A stretch of DNA of 44,862 nucleotides from positions 1 to 44,862 of IMG/VR virus record IMGVR_UViG_2547132370_000003. One strand, written 5' to 3'. The notes beneath the pieces are model-generated. The model was given only the letters and a program-made list of their open reading frames with translations. It was not told the DNA's origin and searched no databases. Positions 33,464 through 41,626 of the stretch are shown here, one piece after another. A program made the translations under genes and the position numbers. The stretch is from a virus. Position 1 is the first letter of the stretch; every line of letters begins with the position of its first letter.

Positions 33464-33720
33464 GACCTTGCTCTCCGCTTCTCTGCATCCCGGTCAGGGA
33501 AAACAGTCAGTACGACTATATCAGAACCCTCGGGCCAATGGACAACACGAAGAATGCGCCCTCCAAGTTCCGGTATGGCGCGATATGAGCGCGTACGCTC
33601 GGGATGGATGGGGTCCGCTTCGGTCCATTCCGAGTGCAGGACCGTGTCCGTTACCCATTCAGGTTCGATGCTGCGGCGCTCCATCGCCTCGCGGGCATGC
33701 GGTTTGAAAATCAGCGGCAT
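33460..33720 (-). CDS. DUF4258-like small protein (putative toxin partner)
   Basis: Starts at MPLIFKPHAREAMERRSIEPEWVTDTVLHSEW…ILRVVHWPEGSDIVVLTVFPD. The longer TTG-initiated ORF reaching 33834 would overlap the gp46-like gene start. Confidence 0.7.
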   Translation of the reverse strand: MPLIFKPHAREAMERRSIEPEWVTDTVLHSEWTEADPIHPERTRSYRAIPELGGRILRVVHWPEGSDIVVLTVFPDRDAEKRRARS

Positions 33721-33821
33721 GGCCGGGCCTGTGCTGTGTCTGTGTTCATGCTGCTCCCCTGCCCGGCAGGCATAGCACACAAGACGGCGGCCTCCACGCC
33801 CTTCGATCTCACGGAAACATA

Positions 33822-34322
33822 ATGGATATCGCAATCACCTGGAACGTCCGCGAAGCCCGCGGCGACTGGCCCATCGTGTCCAGTGATCTGGCGCTGGACA
33901 ACCCCCTGAAATCAGCGGTCATGGTTTCGCTTTTCACAGACCGCGTGGCACCGCAGCAGCCATCATCCGATGACACTGCCGTCGGCATCCAGTCCCCTAC
34001 CGGCCCGACGGGTGCTGCCTCGGCCGACCGGCGCGGCTGGTGGGGCGACGCCTTTGCCGACCTGCCCATCGGCTCTCGCCTGTGGCAGCTCAGGCGCGCG
34101 GTCAAGGTCGGCACGCGGGCCATCCCGCGCGAGATCGAGGACATCTGTTCCGAGGCCCTGCAGTGGCTGGTCGATGACGGTGTCGCGACCTCGGTGGATG
34201 TCGCGGCCTGGTGGAACCCCACCGTGCGGACCATGGCCGAATTCTCCATCACCATCACCGAGCCGGGCAACAGCACGCCCCGGGTGTTCAAGTTTTCATG
34301 GGCCTGGGAGGGTCTGACCTGA
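33822..34322 (+). CDS. Baseplate protein (Mu gp46 family)
   Basis: MDIAITWNVREARGDWPIVSSDLALDNPLKSAVMVSLFTDR. Confidence 0.8.
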   Translation: MDIAITWNVREARGDWPIVSSDLALDNPLKSAVMVSLFTDRVAPQQPSSDDTAVGIQSPTGPTGAASADRRGWWGDAFADLPIGSRLWQLRRAVKVGTRAIPREIEDICSEALQWLVDDGVATSVDVAAWWNPTVRTMAEFSITITEPGNSTPRVFKFSWAWEGLT

Positions 34323-34323
34323 C

Positions 34324-35439
34324 ATGGCCTATCCACGCCCGACCCTGTCACAACTGCGCCAGCAGGCCCTGCAGGATGTCATAAGCGGCGGCATCCCCGG
34401 CGTGACCGCCGTGCTGCGCTTCTCGGTCATCTACGTGCTGTCCATGGTGCTGGCGGGCCTGTCATGGCTGCATTACGGCTATATCGACTGGGTCGCCATG
34501 CAGTCGGTGCCCTGGACCGCCACGGGTGCGTATCTGGCCGCCTGGGGCGCGCTCAAGGGTGTGTATCGCAAGGGGGCCACGGCCGCCAGCGGCACGGCCA
34601 CCTTCACCGCCACCGGCACGGCCGTCATTCCAGCCGGCACGCAGTTCGCCCTGCAGGGCGGCCTGCTGGCGACGGCGTCGGCTGATAGCGTGACGGCCGA
34701 CGGGATCACCACCGTCAGCTGGACCGCCAGCAGCACCGGCACGGCAGGCAACGTCACGCTGGGCACCATCGTCACCCTGTCCAGCCCGGTGCCGGGCATC
34801 CAGACCACGGGCACCGTCACCGACATCACCGTCAGCGGCGCGGATATCGAGGACGATACCGATTTCCGCACCCGGGTCATGGACGCCTACCAGGCGCAGG
34901 GACAGGACGGGAAAGCCGATGATTACGTCGGCTGGGCCGAAGCCGTGGCCGGCGTTACCCGGGCGTGGGTGGTCGGCAATGGTGCCGGTGCCGGCACGGT
35001 GGTCGTCTACATCATGCTGGATGAGGCCAACGCGGACAACGGCGGTTTCCCCAACGGCACGAATGGCGCGGCCACCGGGGACGACCGCTACACCACCGCG
35101 ACCGGCGACCAGCTGACGGTGGCCAACGCCATCCAGCCCAGCCAGCCGGTCACCGCACTGGTCATTGTCTGCGCCCCCATCGCGCAGCCCACGGATTTCA
35201 TCATCACGGATCTGGGCACCGGCAACACCACGGCCAACCAGAAACTGATTACCGAAGCCTTGACCGACATGTTCGTGCGCCTGTCAGCCCCCGGGGGCAC
35301 CATCAACCCGAACGACTGGGAGGAAGCCATCGGCGCCATCGGGCTGGACAGTTTCGAGGTCCAGTCCCCGACCGGGCCGGTCACGGGTGCCAATGCCGGC
35401 ACCATGCCGACCCTTGGCGCCATAAGCTTCGCGGCGTGA
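34324..35439 (+). CDS. Baseplate J-like protein (Mu gp47)
   Basis: A 371-aa ORF with N-terminus PTLSQLRQQALQDV…, called partly from its position. Confidence 0.85.
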   Translation: MAYPRPTLSQLRQQALQDVISGGIPGVTAVLRFSVIYVLSMVLAGLSWLHYGYIDWVAMQSVPWTATGAYLAAWGALKGVYRKGATAASGTATFTATGTAVIPAGTQFALQGGLLATASADSVTADGITTVSWTASSTGTAGNVTLGTIVTLSSPVPGIQTTGTVTDITVSGADIEDDTDFRTRVMDAYQAQGQDGKADDYVGWAEAVAGVTRAWVVGNGAGAGTVVVYIMLDEANADNGGFPNGTNGAATGDDRYTTATGDQLTVANAIQPSQPVTALVIVCAPIAQPTDFIITDLGTGNTTANQKLITEALTDMFVRLSAPGGTINPNDWEEAIGAIGLDSFEVQSPTGPVTGANAGTMPTLGAISFAA

Positions 35440-35442
35440 TCC

Positions 35443-36033
35443 ATGGCAGCACCCAGATACTCGGTGGCGGATTTCCGCACGGCGCTTCTCAACCTGCTCC
35501 CACGCGGGCGCATCTGGTCGCGTGACCCGGATGGCATGCCCTACCAGATGGCAGGCGTATGGGCGCCGTCGTTCCAGCGTAGCGCCCAGTCGGCCGGTGA
35601 CCTGATCGATGACGCCTTCCCCTCCACCACGGTCAACCTGCTGCCGGAATGGGAGGCCACGCTGGGCCTGCCGGATCCGTGTGCGGGCGAAAGCCCGACC
35701 GTGGAACTGCGCCGTGCCCAGGTGGTGGCGCGCCTGACCGATAACGGCGGCGCGTCGGTCGACTACTTCGTCGCCTTCGCCAGGGCCCTTGGTTACGACA
35801 TCACCATCACCCAGTTCGCGCCCTCGCGGTTCCGCCGCAAGTTCGGCACGCCCTTCGGCGGCGATGCATGGGCCTATACCTGGCAGGTCAACTGCCCGCA
35901 GCTGACCATCAACCGCCTGAAATTCGGCCAGTCCTTCGGGAACCCGTGGGCGACATGGAGCAATGCGGTGCTGGAATGCGAGCTGAACGCCCGCAAGCCC
36001 GCGCACACCATCCTCATTTTCAACTACAGCTAA
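35443..36033 (+). CDS. Baseplate/tail protein (Mu gp48, DUF2313/YmfQ-like)
   Basis: LLNLLPRGRIWSRDPDG…TVNLLPEWEATLGLPDPC. Confidence 0.8.
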   Translation: MAAPRYSVADFRTALLNLLPRGRIWSRDPDGMPYQMAGVWAPSFQRSAQSAGDLIDDAFPSTTVNLLPEWEATLGLPDPCAGESPTVELRRAQVVARLTDNGGASVDYFVAFARALGYDITITQFAPSRFRRKFGTPFGGDAWAYTWQVNCPQLTINRLKFGQSFGNPWATWSNAVLECELNARKPAHTILIFNYS

Positions 36034-36042
36034 GGAAAACCG

Positions 36043-37593
36043 ATGGAACTGATCATCGGCACCGGCACCGTTGTCGAGGCTTCACGCGACACGATGCCCG
36101 CCACCGGCACGCCGGGCTGGGCGACTGACGGGGATCCGGCCGCCACCATCCCGGCCACGGATTTCCCCGCCTCCCATTACAACATGCTGGTGGCCGAGGT
36201 GGTGCAGGTCATCCTTGATTCCGGCCTGACGCTGGATCGAACCAATTGGGGGCAGCTCTCGGCCGCCATCCAGAAACTGATTGCCAGTCCCTTCGGGGGG
36301 ACCGCCTTCACCCCGGTCCAGCAGGGCGGCGGTTATGACCAGGTAGCGGGCAAGGTGTTTCTCGGTCGGGATACAACTTATCCGGGGCTTCGTTATTCCT
36401 ACGTTGGCACGGATGGCAAGACCATTACCGGCGGCGGATACCTGATCTCAAGCTATGGCCCGGAAAGCGGTGGCGCATCCGGCTACGCGCAGATTGGTGA
36501 CATTTCGCAGGATGGCGATGGCCGCATGGCGTGGCGTCCGCCCTCGCTGGGGACGTCCTATTCCATCGGCGCGCTCCTGTCCGATGTGACGGCGGAAACC
36601 GAGCGTGCCGAGGCGGCCGAGGCAACGCTGGTGTCGGGCACCCTGTCCATGGCCGCCACGGATTATCAGGCATACGGACTACACTGGTCCACCAGCCTTG
36701 GCGCCCCGATGCTGGTTTACGGGGCGGCCATATCATCTGCGACGGTCGTGCAGCTGGCAAAATACAGTGACGTCACTGCGGAAACCACACGCGCCGAGGC
36801 CGCAGAGGCAAAGCTGGTTTCCGGCACGCTGGCTATGGGAACAAGCGACTATCAGGGACAGGGTGTGCATTTTAACTCCGTTGGTCGGGCGGTCGGTGTT
36901 TACAACGATGGTGACGCCTCGCATTACCCGGTCCTGGCCAATTACGCTGACATCACACGAATACCGACAACATACATATCCAGCGGGTCATTCACCGTTC
37001 CAGCCGGAATATTCCTACTGATTGTCACGCTGGTCGGTGGTGGCGGCTCGGGCGGTTCCTGCAAGGGTACGGATCTTACCAATTCAGTAATAGCGGCAGG
37101 CGGTGGTGCGGGTGGTTACCTCAAGGCATATATATCCGTCTCGCCTGGGGACGTGGTCGCGTTCACCGTTGGCGGTGGCGGGGCATCCCCCGACAGCACC
37201 ATCGGTGTCCAGAACAATGGCGGGGATTCCTACATAACGGTCAACGGCACCGAAGTGGCCCGATGCACGGGGGGGGCCGGTGCGCTGTGGGTGAACACCA
37301 ACAGTTCCGCCGGCGGCGCTGGCGGCGAGCCGGAAGGGAAAAATGGGGCGGCATCCATCGAATGGTCCAACGGAACCGATGGCGGTGACGGGCAGAGCAA
37401 TGGCCAGCAAATCGGTGCTGGCAATGGCGCTCCCGGTCCCTGGGGCGGCGGTGGCCGTGCCGGGGCCGAAGGCGGGGAGGACGGGATGGGCTTTGGCGCG
37501 GGCGGGGGCGGCGCTTATGACCCGAACTATTCCGATACATTCTATAACGGCGGCGCAGGGTATCAGGGCTGCGTCATTGTGGAGATGCGGTAA
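36043..37593 (+). CDS. Tail fibre protein with an internal duplication and a glycine-rich C-terminal domain
   Basis: The repeat SDVTAET(E/T)RAEAAEA(T/K)LVSGTL… occurs at 36580-36687 and 36766-36873. The C-terminus carries GGGGSGGSC…AGGGAGGYL…GGGG runs. Confidence 0.8.
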   Translation: MELIIGTGTVVEASRDTMPATGTPGWATDGDPAATIPATDFPASHYNMLVAEVVQVILDSGLTLDRTNWGQLSAAIQKLIASPFGGTAFTPVQQGGGYDQVAGKVFLGRDTTYPGLRYSYVGTDGKTITGGGYLISSYGPESGGASGYAQIGDISQDGDGRMAWRPPSLGTSYSIGALLSDVTAETERAEAAEATLVSGTLSMAATDYQAYGLHWSTSLGAPMLVYGAAISSATVVQLAKYSDVTAETTRAEAAEAKLVSGTLAMGTSDYQGQGVHFNSVGRAVGVYNDGDASHYPVLANYADITRIPTTYISSGSFTVPAGIFLLIVTLVGGGGSGGSCKGTDLTNSVIAAGGGAGGYLKAYISVSPGDVVAFTVGGGGASPDSTIGVQNNGGDSYITVNGTEVARCTGGAGALWVNTNSSAGGAGGEPEGKNGAASIEWSNGTDGGDGQSNGQQIGAGNGAPGPWGGGGRAGAEGGEDGMGFGAGGGGAYDPNYSDTFYNGGAGYQGCVIVEMR

Positions 37594-37594
37594 A

Positions 37595-38086
37595 ATGAGC
37601 GGAACAACCACCTCTACGGCACAGGTCTATGCGGTCTACCTGACGGCGGCGTCGGGGGGCAATCCTGCGGGCTGCGTCGTCAATAATGTCCTGTGGGACG
37701 GGACGGCGTCATGGACACCGCCTGCGGGCACTGCCGCCATAGCTGATCCGGGGCGCAGATACCCCATCGGTAGCGGCTACGGCACGACCACGGATTATGT
37801 CCTGACCGGGCCGGATACGGCGGTTGCGGCGGAACCCGTAACGCTGTCCCTGAAACCCGGCGGCAGCGGGCCGCAGGCCGATGTCACGGTCACGCTGTCC
37901 GATGGCGGCGCGGGTGGCACGTTTTCATCCGGCACGGTCACGTTTGGCGCGGACGTGAATACGACCCGGACCGTGACCTATACGCCCAAGGCGGCAGGGA
38001 CGGTCACGATCAGCGCCACAAACAATGGCAGCCTGACCAACCCCGCCAGCCTGACCGTTACGGTGGCGGCTGCCGCCACGTCCTGA
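37595..38086 (+). CDS. Tail-fibre-associated protein with an Ig-like beta-rich C-terminus
   Basis: The start is MSGTTTSTAQVYAVYL. …VTLSLKPGGSGPQADVTVTLSDGG…TVTYTPKAAGTVTISATNNGSLTNPASLTVTV. Confidence 0.55.
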   Translation: MSGTTTSTAQVYAVYLTAASGGNPAGCVVNNVLWDGTASWTPPAGTAAIADPGRRYPIGSGYGTTTDYVLTGPDTAVAAEPVTLSLKPGGSGPQADVTVTLSDGGAGGTFSSGTVTFGADVNTTRTVTYTPKAAGTVTISATNNGSLTNPASLTVTVAAAATS

Positions 38087-38114
38087 CCGGCCCTGACAAT
38101 CCGAGCCTGCCCCA

Positions 38115-38136
38115 CCGCCCATTGAGGCGGTTTTTT
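38115..38136 (+). terminator. Weak rho-independent terminator after the tail operon
   Basis: The stem is CCGCC, loop cattga, GGCGG, followed by T6. Confidence 0.45.
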
Positions 38137-38152
38137 ATTGCCTGGAAACCTG

Positions 38153-38461
38153 ATGTTCATTCTGTGGAGACTGCTGGGGTTCGGTGAAGATCCCCAGCTG
38201 CGTGACCGGCTGGTCCGTGTTGAAACCAAGGTCGAAGCGACCGAGACGGATCTGCGCGCCCTGCGGGTCGAGGTCCGCACCCTGTCGACCGAAATGCGCG
38301 AATGCATGGGCCAGCTGATCGGCGGCATGAAAGCGGTCAAGGCGATCGGTACGGCCATCGTGGGCCTGATCACCGTCATCGGCACCGTGGCGGCCGCCCT
38401 GTTCGCCTATCCGCCCTTCTGCGACTGGGTCACGCATCTCCTGCACGGTGGCCATCCATGA
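38153..38461 (+). CDS. Coiled-coil protein with a C-terminal TM helix (holin/lysis-regulator candidate)
   Basis: MFILWRLLGF…AIGTAIVGLITVIGTVAAALFAY. It is the first gene of the lysis cassette. Confidence 0.5.
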   Translation: MFILWRLLGFGEDPQLRDRLVRVETKVEATETDLRALRVEVRTLSTEMRECMGQLIGGMKAVKAIGTAIVGLITVIGTVAAALFAYPPFCDWVTHLLHGGHP

Positions 38462-38934
38462 CCGCGGGCAATGCCCCGAACAAGGAACATGACGATATGA
38501 GCGAAAAGCTCCCGCGCGGGATCCGCAACAACAACCCCGGCAACCTGAACTATGTGGGCCAGCCCGGCGCGCATCTGGAAACGGGCGTGCCCTGCCCCCG
38601 CTTTGCGGCCTTCTCCACCATGGCGGACGGCATCCGCGCGCTGCGCGACCAGCTGCTACGCTACGGTGAGCGGGGCCTGACCACGGTACGTGCCATCATC
38701 TCCGTGTATGCGCCCCCCAGCGAGAACCCGACCGGGGCCTATGTTTACGCCCTGTGCAACCATATGGGCGTGCAGCCCGATACCGTGCTGAACCTGCGCG
38801 ATCCGGCCACGCAGCGGTCGCTGATCGCGGGCATCACGACCGTGGAGAACGGGCCGGGCCATATCAGCATGGCCCAGATCGACCAGGCGCTGCAGACCAC
38901 TCCTGCCGTGCCCCATCCCGTCAGCGAGGCCTGA
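38458..38934 (+). CDS. Putative endolysin/peptidoglycan hydrolase
   Basis: It carries the RGIRNNNPGNLNY motif, which I associate with a phage muralytic protein family. An ATGA overlap links it to the upstream gene. It sits in the lysis-cassette position. Confidence 0.5.
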   Translation: MTAGNAPNKEHDDMSEKLPRGIRNNNPGNLNYVGQPGAHLETGVPCPRFAAFSTMADGIRALRDQLLRYGERGLTTVRAIISVYAPPSENPTGAYVYALCNHMGVQPDTVLNLRDPATQRSLIAGITTVENGPGHISMAQIDQALQTTPAVPHPVSEA

Positions 38935-38935
38935 T

Positions 38936-39274
38936 ATGGATCCTGTCTCCATCATGCAGGATGTCCTGTCGATGATGCCGGCCCAGTATGCCGGCGACAT
39001 CGTGGTCATCGTGTCGTTCCTGATATCGACCTGCGCCCTGATCGCACGGTTCTGGCGGCCGCCTGACCCAACCTCGAAATGGGTGCTGGTCTGGACCCTT
39101 GTCACGGCCATCGCGCAGGCACGCGGCTGGAACCTGCCCGCCTACCAGCCGGGCAAGAAGGCCGCGATGGTTCCGGCCACCGTCCCGCGCAGGGAGGTCG
39201 AAGAGCGCCTTGACGTGCCGCCCGGTTCCACCCGGCCGGGCAAGCCACCGGTGCGCGCTGCCCCGCCGGCCTGA
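38936..39274 (+). CDS. Two-TM membrane protein (holin or spanin candidate)
   Basis: The hydrophobic segments are GDIVVIVSFLISTCALIARFW and WVLVWTLVTAIAQA. The tail is Pro-rich. Confidence 0.5.
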   Translation: MDPVSIMQDVLSMMPAQYAGDIVVIVSFLISTCALIARFWRPPDPTSKWVLVWTLVTAIAQARGWNLPAYQPGKKAAMVPATVPRREVEERLDVPPGSTRPGKPPVRAAPPA

Positions 39275-39381
39275 CTGCTACAGCCCCGGCCCCGTGGTTG
39301 GATGGCCGATAAAGGCCGGGACTGCGCGCGCAGGATACGCAACCAGAGCGCGCATTTGTGTAACAAAACACAACCCAAGGT

Positions 39382-39406
39382 AACCGCCAGCGAGGCGGTT
39401 TTTTTT
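39382..39406 (+). terminator. Rho-independent terminator
   Basis: The stem is AACCGCC, loop agcga, GGCGGTT, running into T8. Confidence 0.7.
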
Positions 39407-39748
39407 ATGGAGATGCCAGACATGGCCGAAGACACCACCACCAGCACCGCGATCCCCGCGCTGGAAAGCCTGCTCGAAACCGCGCTGGGCAAAAAGGATA
39501 CGGCCGCAACACAGGCGGACATCCAGCTGGCCGGCACCGTGCTGCAGCTGCTGATCCCCGTAATTGTCGAACGCGCGGCCCCGAACCTCGATCTGGACGG
39601 CGTCGATGCCGCCATCACGAAGATCGTGGGCGGGGTCACGGACCTGAAAACCGCGATCGAGGCGAAGCCGGCAACAGTGGCCGCCACGGTCGCGCCCGCA
39701 AAGGTCGAGGCCCCGCACCCGGTCGTGCCCGGTCAGCCGATCCGCTGA
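39407..39748 (+). CDS. Hypothetical acidic, Ala-rich protein (accessory gene)
   Basis: It starts directly after the terminator T-run. ATG 39422 is an alternative start with a GGAG SD 9 nt upstream. Confidence 0.5.
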   Translation: MEMPDMAEDTTTSTAIPALESLLETALGKKDTAATQADIQLAGTVLQLLIPVIVERAAPNLDLDGVDAAITKIVGGVTDLKTAIEAKPATVAATVAPAKVEAPHPVVPGQPIR

Positions 39749-39834
39749 TCTGTCAACCTGATCCGGCCGGTCTGTAAACCGGCCGCCGGGCTTCCTGCAT
39801 CCCGCCACCTGTAAACTGGTCCACCTGCATCACG

Positions 39835-39861
39835 CAAAAAACGCCGGATTTCTGCGGCGTT
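39835..39861 (-). terminator. Minus-strand-oriented terminator-like hairpin between two plus-strand genes
   Basis: The stem is AACGCCG, an 8-nt loop, CGGCGTT. It is preceded on the plus strand by an A5-6 run, which becomes a U-run on the minus strand. Confidence 0.35.
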
Positions 39862-39907
39862 GTGGCGAAGGTGGACTATTTTCGCATCAAGACTGGAAAA
39901 CTGGTCC

Positions 39908-40537
39908 ATGACCCAGCGTGTAAACTTCGTCGCCATTGATGGCAGCCGCCGCCGTTTCCTTGGCATGGGGCTGCTGTCAGCGGCCGGCATCGCCGCCACC
40001 GCGATGCTGCCCGGGTGCAAGAGCACCACAACCGGCAATGTCACCACCATCACGATCAACGTGGCCGAGATCAAGGATTACGGGCAGGCTGGCCTGAACG
40101 CCGTCACCACCGTCCTGAGCATCGCGGCCGTCGCCAGTGCGATCGGTACGCCCGCCGTGGGCATCATCGGCCTGGCGGACACGGCGCTGTCCACCGCCCT
40201 GACCGACTTTTCCACGGCGGCCGGCTCCACGCTGATCATCACCTATGACGACACAAACTGGAAAACCCGGGTGGACAGCGTCCTGTCTGCGCTGACCAAG
40301 GTGGAAAGCGACCTGAGCGCCGCGATCACCGGGGTCTCGACCAAGGTCAGCAGCACCGACCTGTCCAACGCCAACACGGCCCTGAACGCGCTGAGCACCA
40401 TCGTGTCGGCCTTCAAGGCCCTGCTGGACAGCGTGGCTACGCGCCGGAATGTCGGGGCACGCCTGTCGGGTTCTGCCGCTGCACCGTCCCAGGCGCAGGT
40501 GCAGCAGGCGCTCCAGGTGCTGGGGGTGACGGCATGA
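39908..40537 (+). CDS. Tat-signal lipoprotein (accessory gene; exclusion-type candidate)
   Basis: MTQRVNFVAIDGSRRRFLGMGLLSAAGIAATAMLPGC has a twin-arginine motif followed by an L-P-G-C lipobox. The mature part is Ala/Thr/Ser-rich and helical. Confidence 0.65.
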   Translation: MTQRVNFVAIDGSRRRFLGMGLLSAAGIAATAMLPGCKSTTTGNVTTITINVAEIKDYGQAGLNAVTTVLSIAAVASAIGTPAVGIIGLADTALSTALTDFSTAAGSTLIITYDDTNWKTRVDSVLSALTKVESDLSAAITGVSTKVSSTDLSNANTALNALSTIVSAFKALLDSVATRRNVGARLSGSAAAPSQAQVQQALQVLGVTA

Positions 40538-40668
40538 CGCCCTTTATGCAGGGCGTCATCTCCGGTGCGGGCGGCGTTGTCGTCCTCATTGGGCTGCTGG
40601 TCACGATCCCGCTCAAGCTGCATGCGCTTTATGTGGCAACACAATTGCAAAACCGTGGGATTGAATAA
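40534..40668 (+). CDS. 44-aa single-TM peptide, below the ORF-track cut-off
   Basis: Hand translation gives MTPFMQGVISGAGGVVVLIGLLVTIPLKLHALYVATQLQNRGIE. An ATGA overlap links it to the lipoprotein gene. Confidence 0.45.
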   Translation: MTPFMQGVISGAGGVVVLIGLLVTIPLKLHALYVATQLQNRGIE

Positions 40669-40670
40669 TG

Positions 40671-41045
40671 TCAGACTGAACGCAAGACGGAAGGACGTTT
40701 ATCGCCATGACGAAGATAGTTAATAATCTCATTAGCAATGACATTCCGAGGATCAATAGATCTTTGAATAAATGAATTTCCTTTGGTAGATACAAAATTT
40801 CCTGAAGGGGTCGTATATTTATCAAGCCATTGAATTATATCATCTCTATCGCTAACATTATCGTAATAAATATTTATATCTATGTGAGTATCTCTCCCCA
40901 ACTTATCTCTCCGTATGTCTGCATCCAATTCAGCAGACACGGTACAAGATGCTCCATAGGCCAATGATATTTTACCGGTAGGATTGGTTTTCAGAAGATC
41001 TACACTAACCAATACACTTCCACCATTATCACTAAAGAAAGTCAT
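40671..41045 (-). CDS. Hypothetical 124-aa protein encoded in a strongly AT-rich cassette
   Basis: It is the only long ORF in the AT-rich block at about 40650-41150. Codon usage differs from the rest of the phage. I recognise no family. Confidence 0.6.
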   Translation of the reverse strand: MTFFSDNGGSVLVSVDLLKTNPTGKISLAYGASCTVSAELDADIRRDKLGRDTHIDINIYYDNVSDRDDIIQWLDKYTTPSGNFVSTKGNSFIQRSIDPRNVIANEIINYLRHGDKRPSVLRSV

Positions 41046-41096
41046 ATTTTATTTACCCCATACGTTAATTGAAAATATTTAATTATAGAATTACAT

Positions 41097-41564
41097 TCAT
41101 AACACAACGGAATTGAGAATATTATTTTTCATATCCGTAGAAACCAATATCTCGACCGTGGGCTGTCGCCCCAGTTCATGCAATGCTGCTTCAATACGCC
41201 CGATCTTGCTTTCATGTAATAGATCCCGCATGCGTCGCACGGACGATTCAGCCACGCCCAGACGGCGCGCCAGTTCTACATTGCTGATCCTGTTCTCCAG
41301 CATGGCCGTATGCAGCGCCAGCTTGGCGGCTTCCAGCATGGGCACATAGACCAGAGGGCGACCATTGGCCGCAGGCGGCACGGGAACGGCCGCACCGTCA
41401 TCCACATAGATGGACAGCGATGTGACCAGCAGGTCCTGGGCCTCGCGCAGGGCTTCCTCCCGGGTTGCGCCCTCGGTTGCCCCCGGCAGCCCCTCGAATG
41501 AAGCCGTGATGGTGCCGTCCGGATTGGTCTCCAGATCGACCGGGTAAGCGTAAAGCATCCTCAT
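41097..41564 (-). CDS. hicB: HicB-family antitoxin with a C-terminal HTH; no adjacent hicA
   Basis: MRMLYAYPVDLETNPDGTITASFEGLPGATEGATREEALREAQDLL…ISNVELARRLGVAESSVRRMRDLLHESKIGRIEAALHELG is colinear with E. coli HicB as I remember it. The start is ATG 41564 or 41558. Confidence 0.75.
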   Translation of the reverse strand: MRMLYAYPVDLETNPDGTITASFEGLPGATEGATREEALREAQDLLVTSLSIYVDDGAAVPVPPAANGRPLVYVPMLEAAKLALHTAMLENRISNVELARRLGVAESSVRRMRDLLHESKIGRIEAALHELGRQPTVEILVSTDMKNNILNSVVL

Positions 41565-41626
41565 ACCGCCATATGCGAGTTCTCTGCCAGAGCCAGCAGA
41601 TGATTGAGAAGGATATGGCGTCCGCG

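Noticed and set aside
39749-39834. GC hairpin CGGCCGGT-ctgtaa-ACCGGCCG after the 39407 gene, considered as a terminator
   Set aside because: It is a perfect 8-bp stem, but no U-tract follows on either strand. It could be a structural or processing element, but there is not enough evidence to call a terminator.
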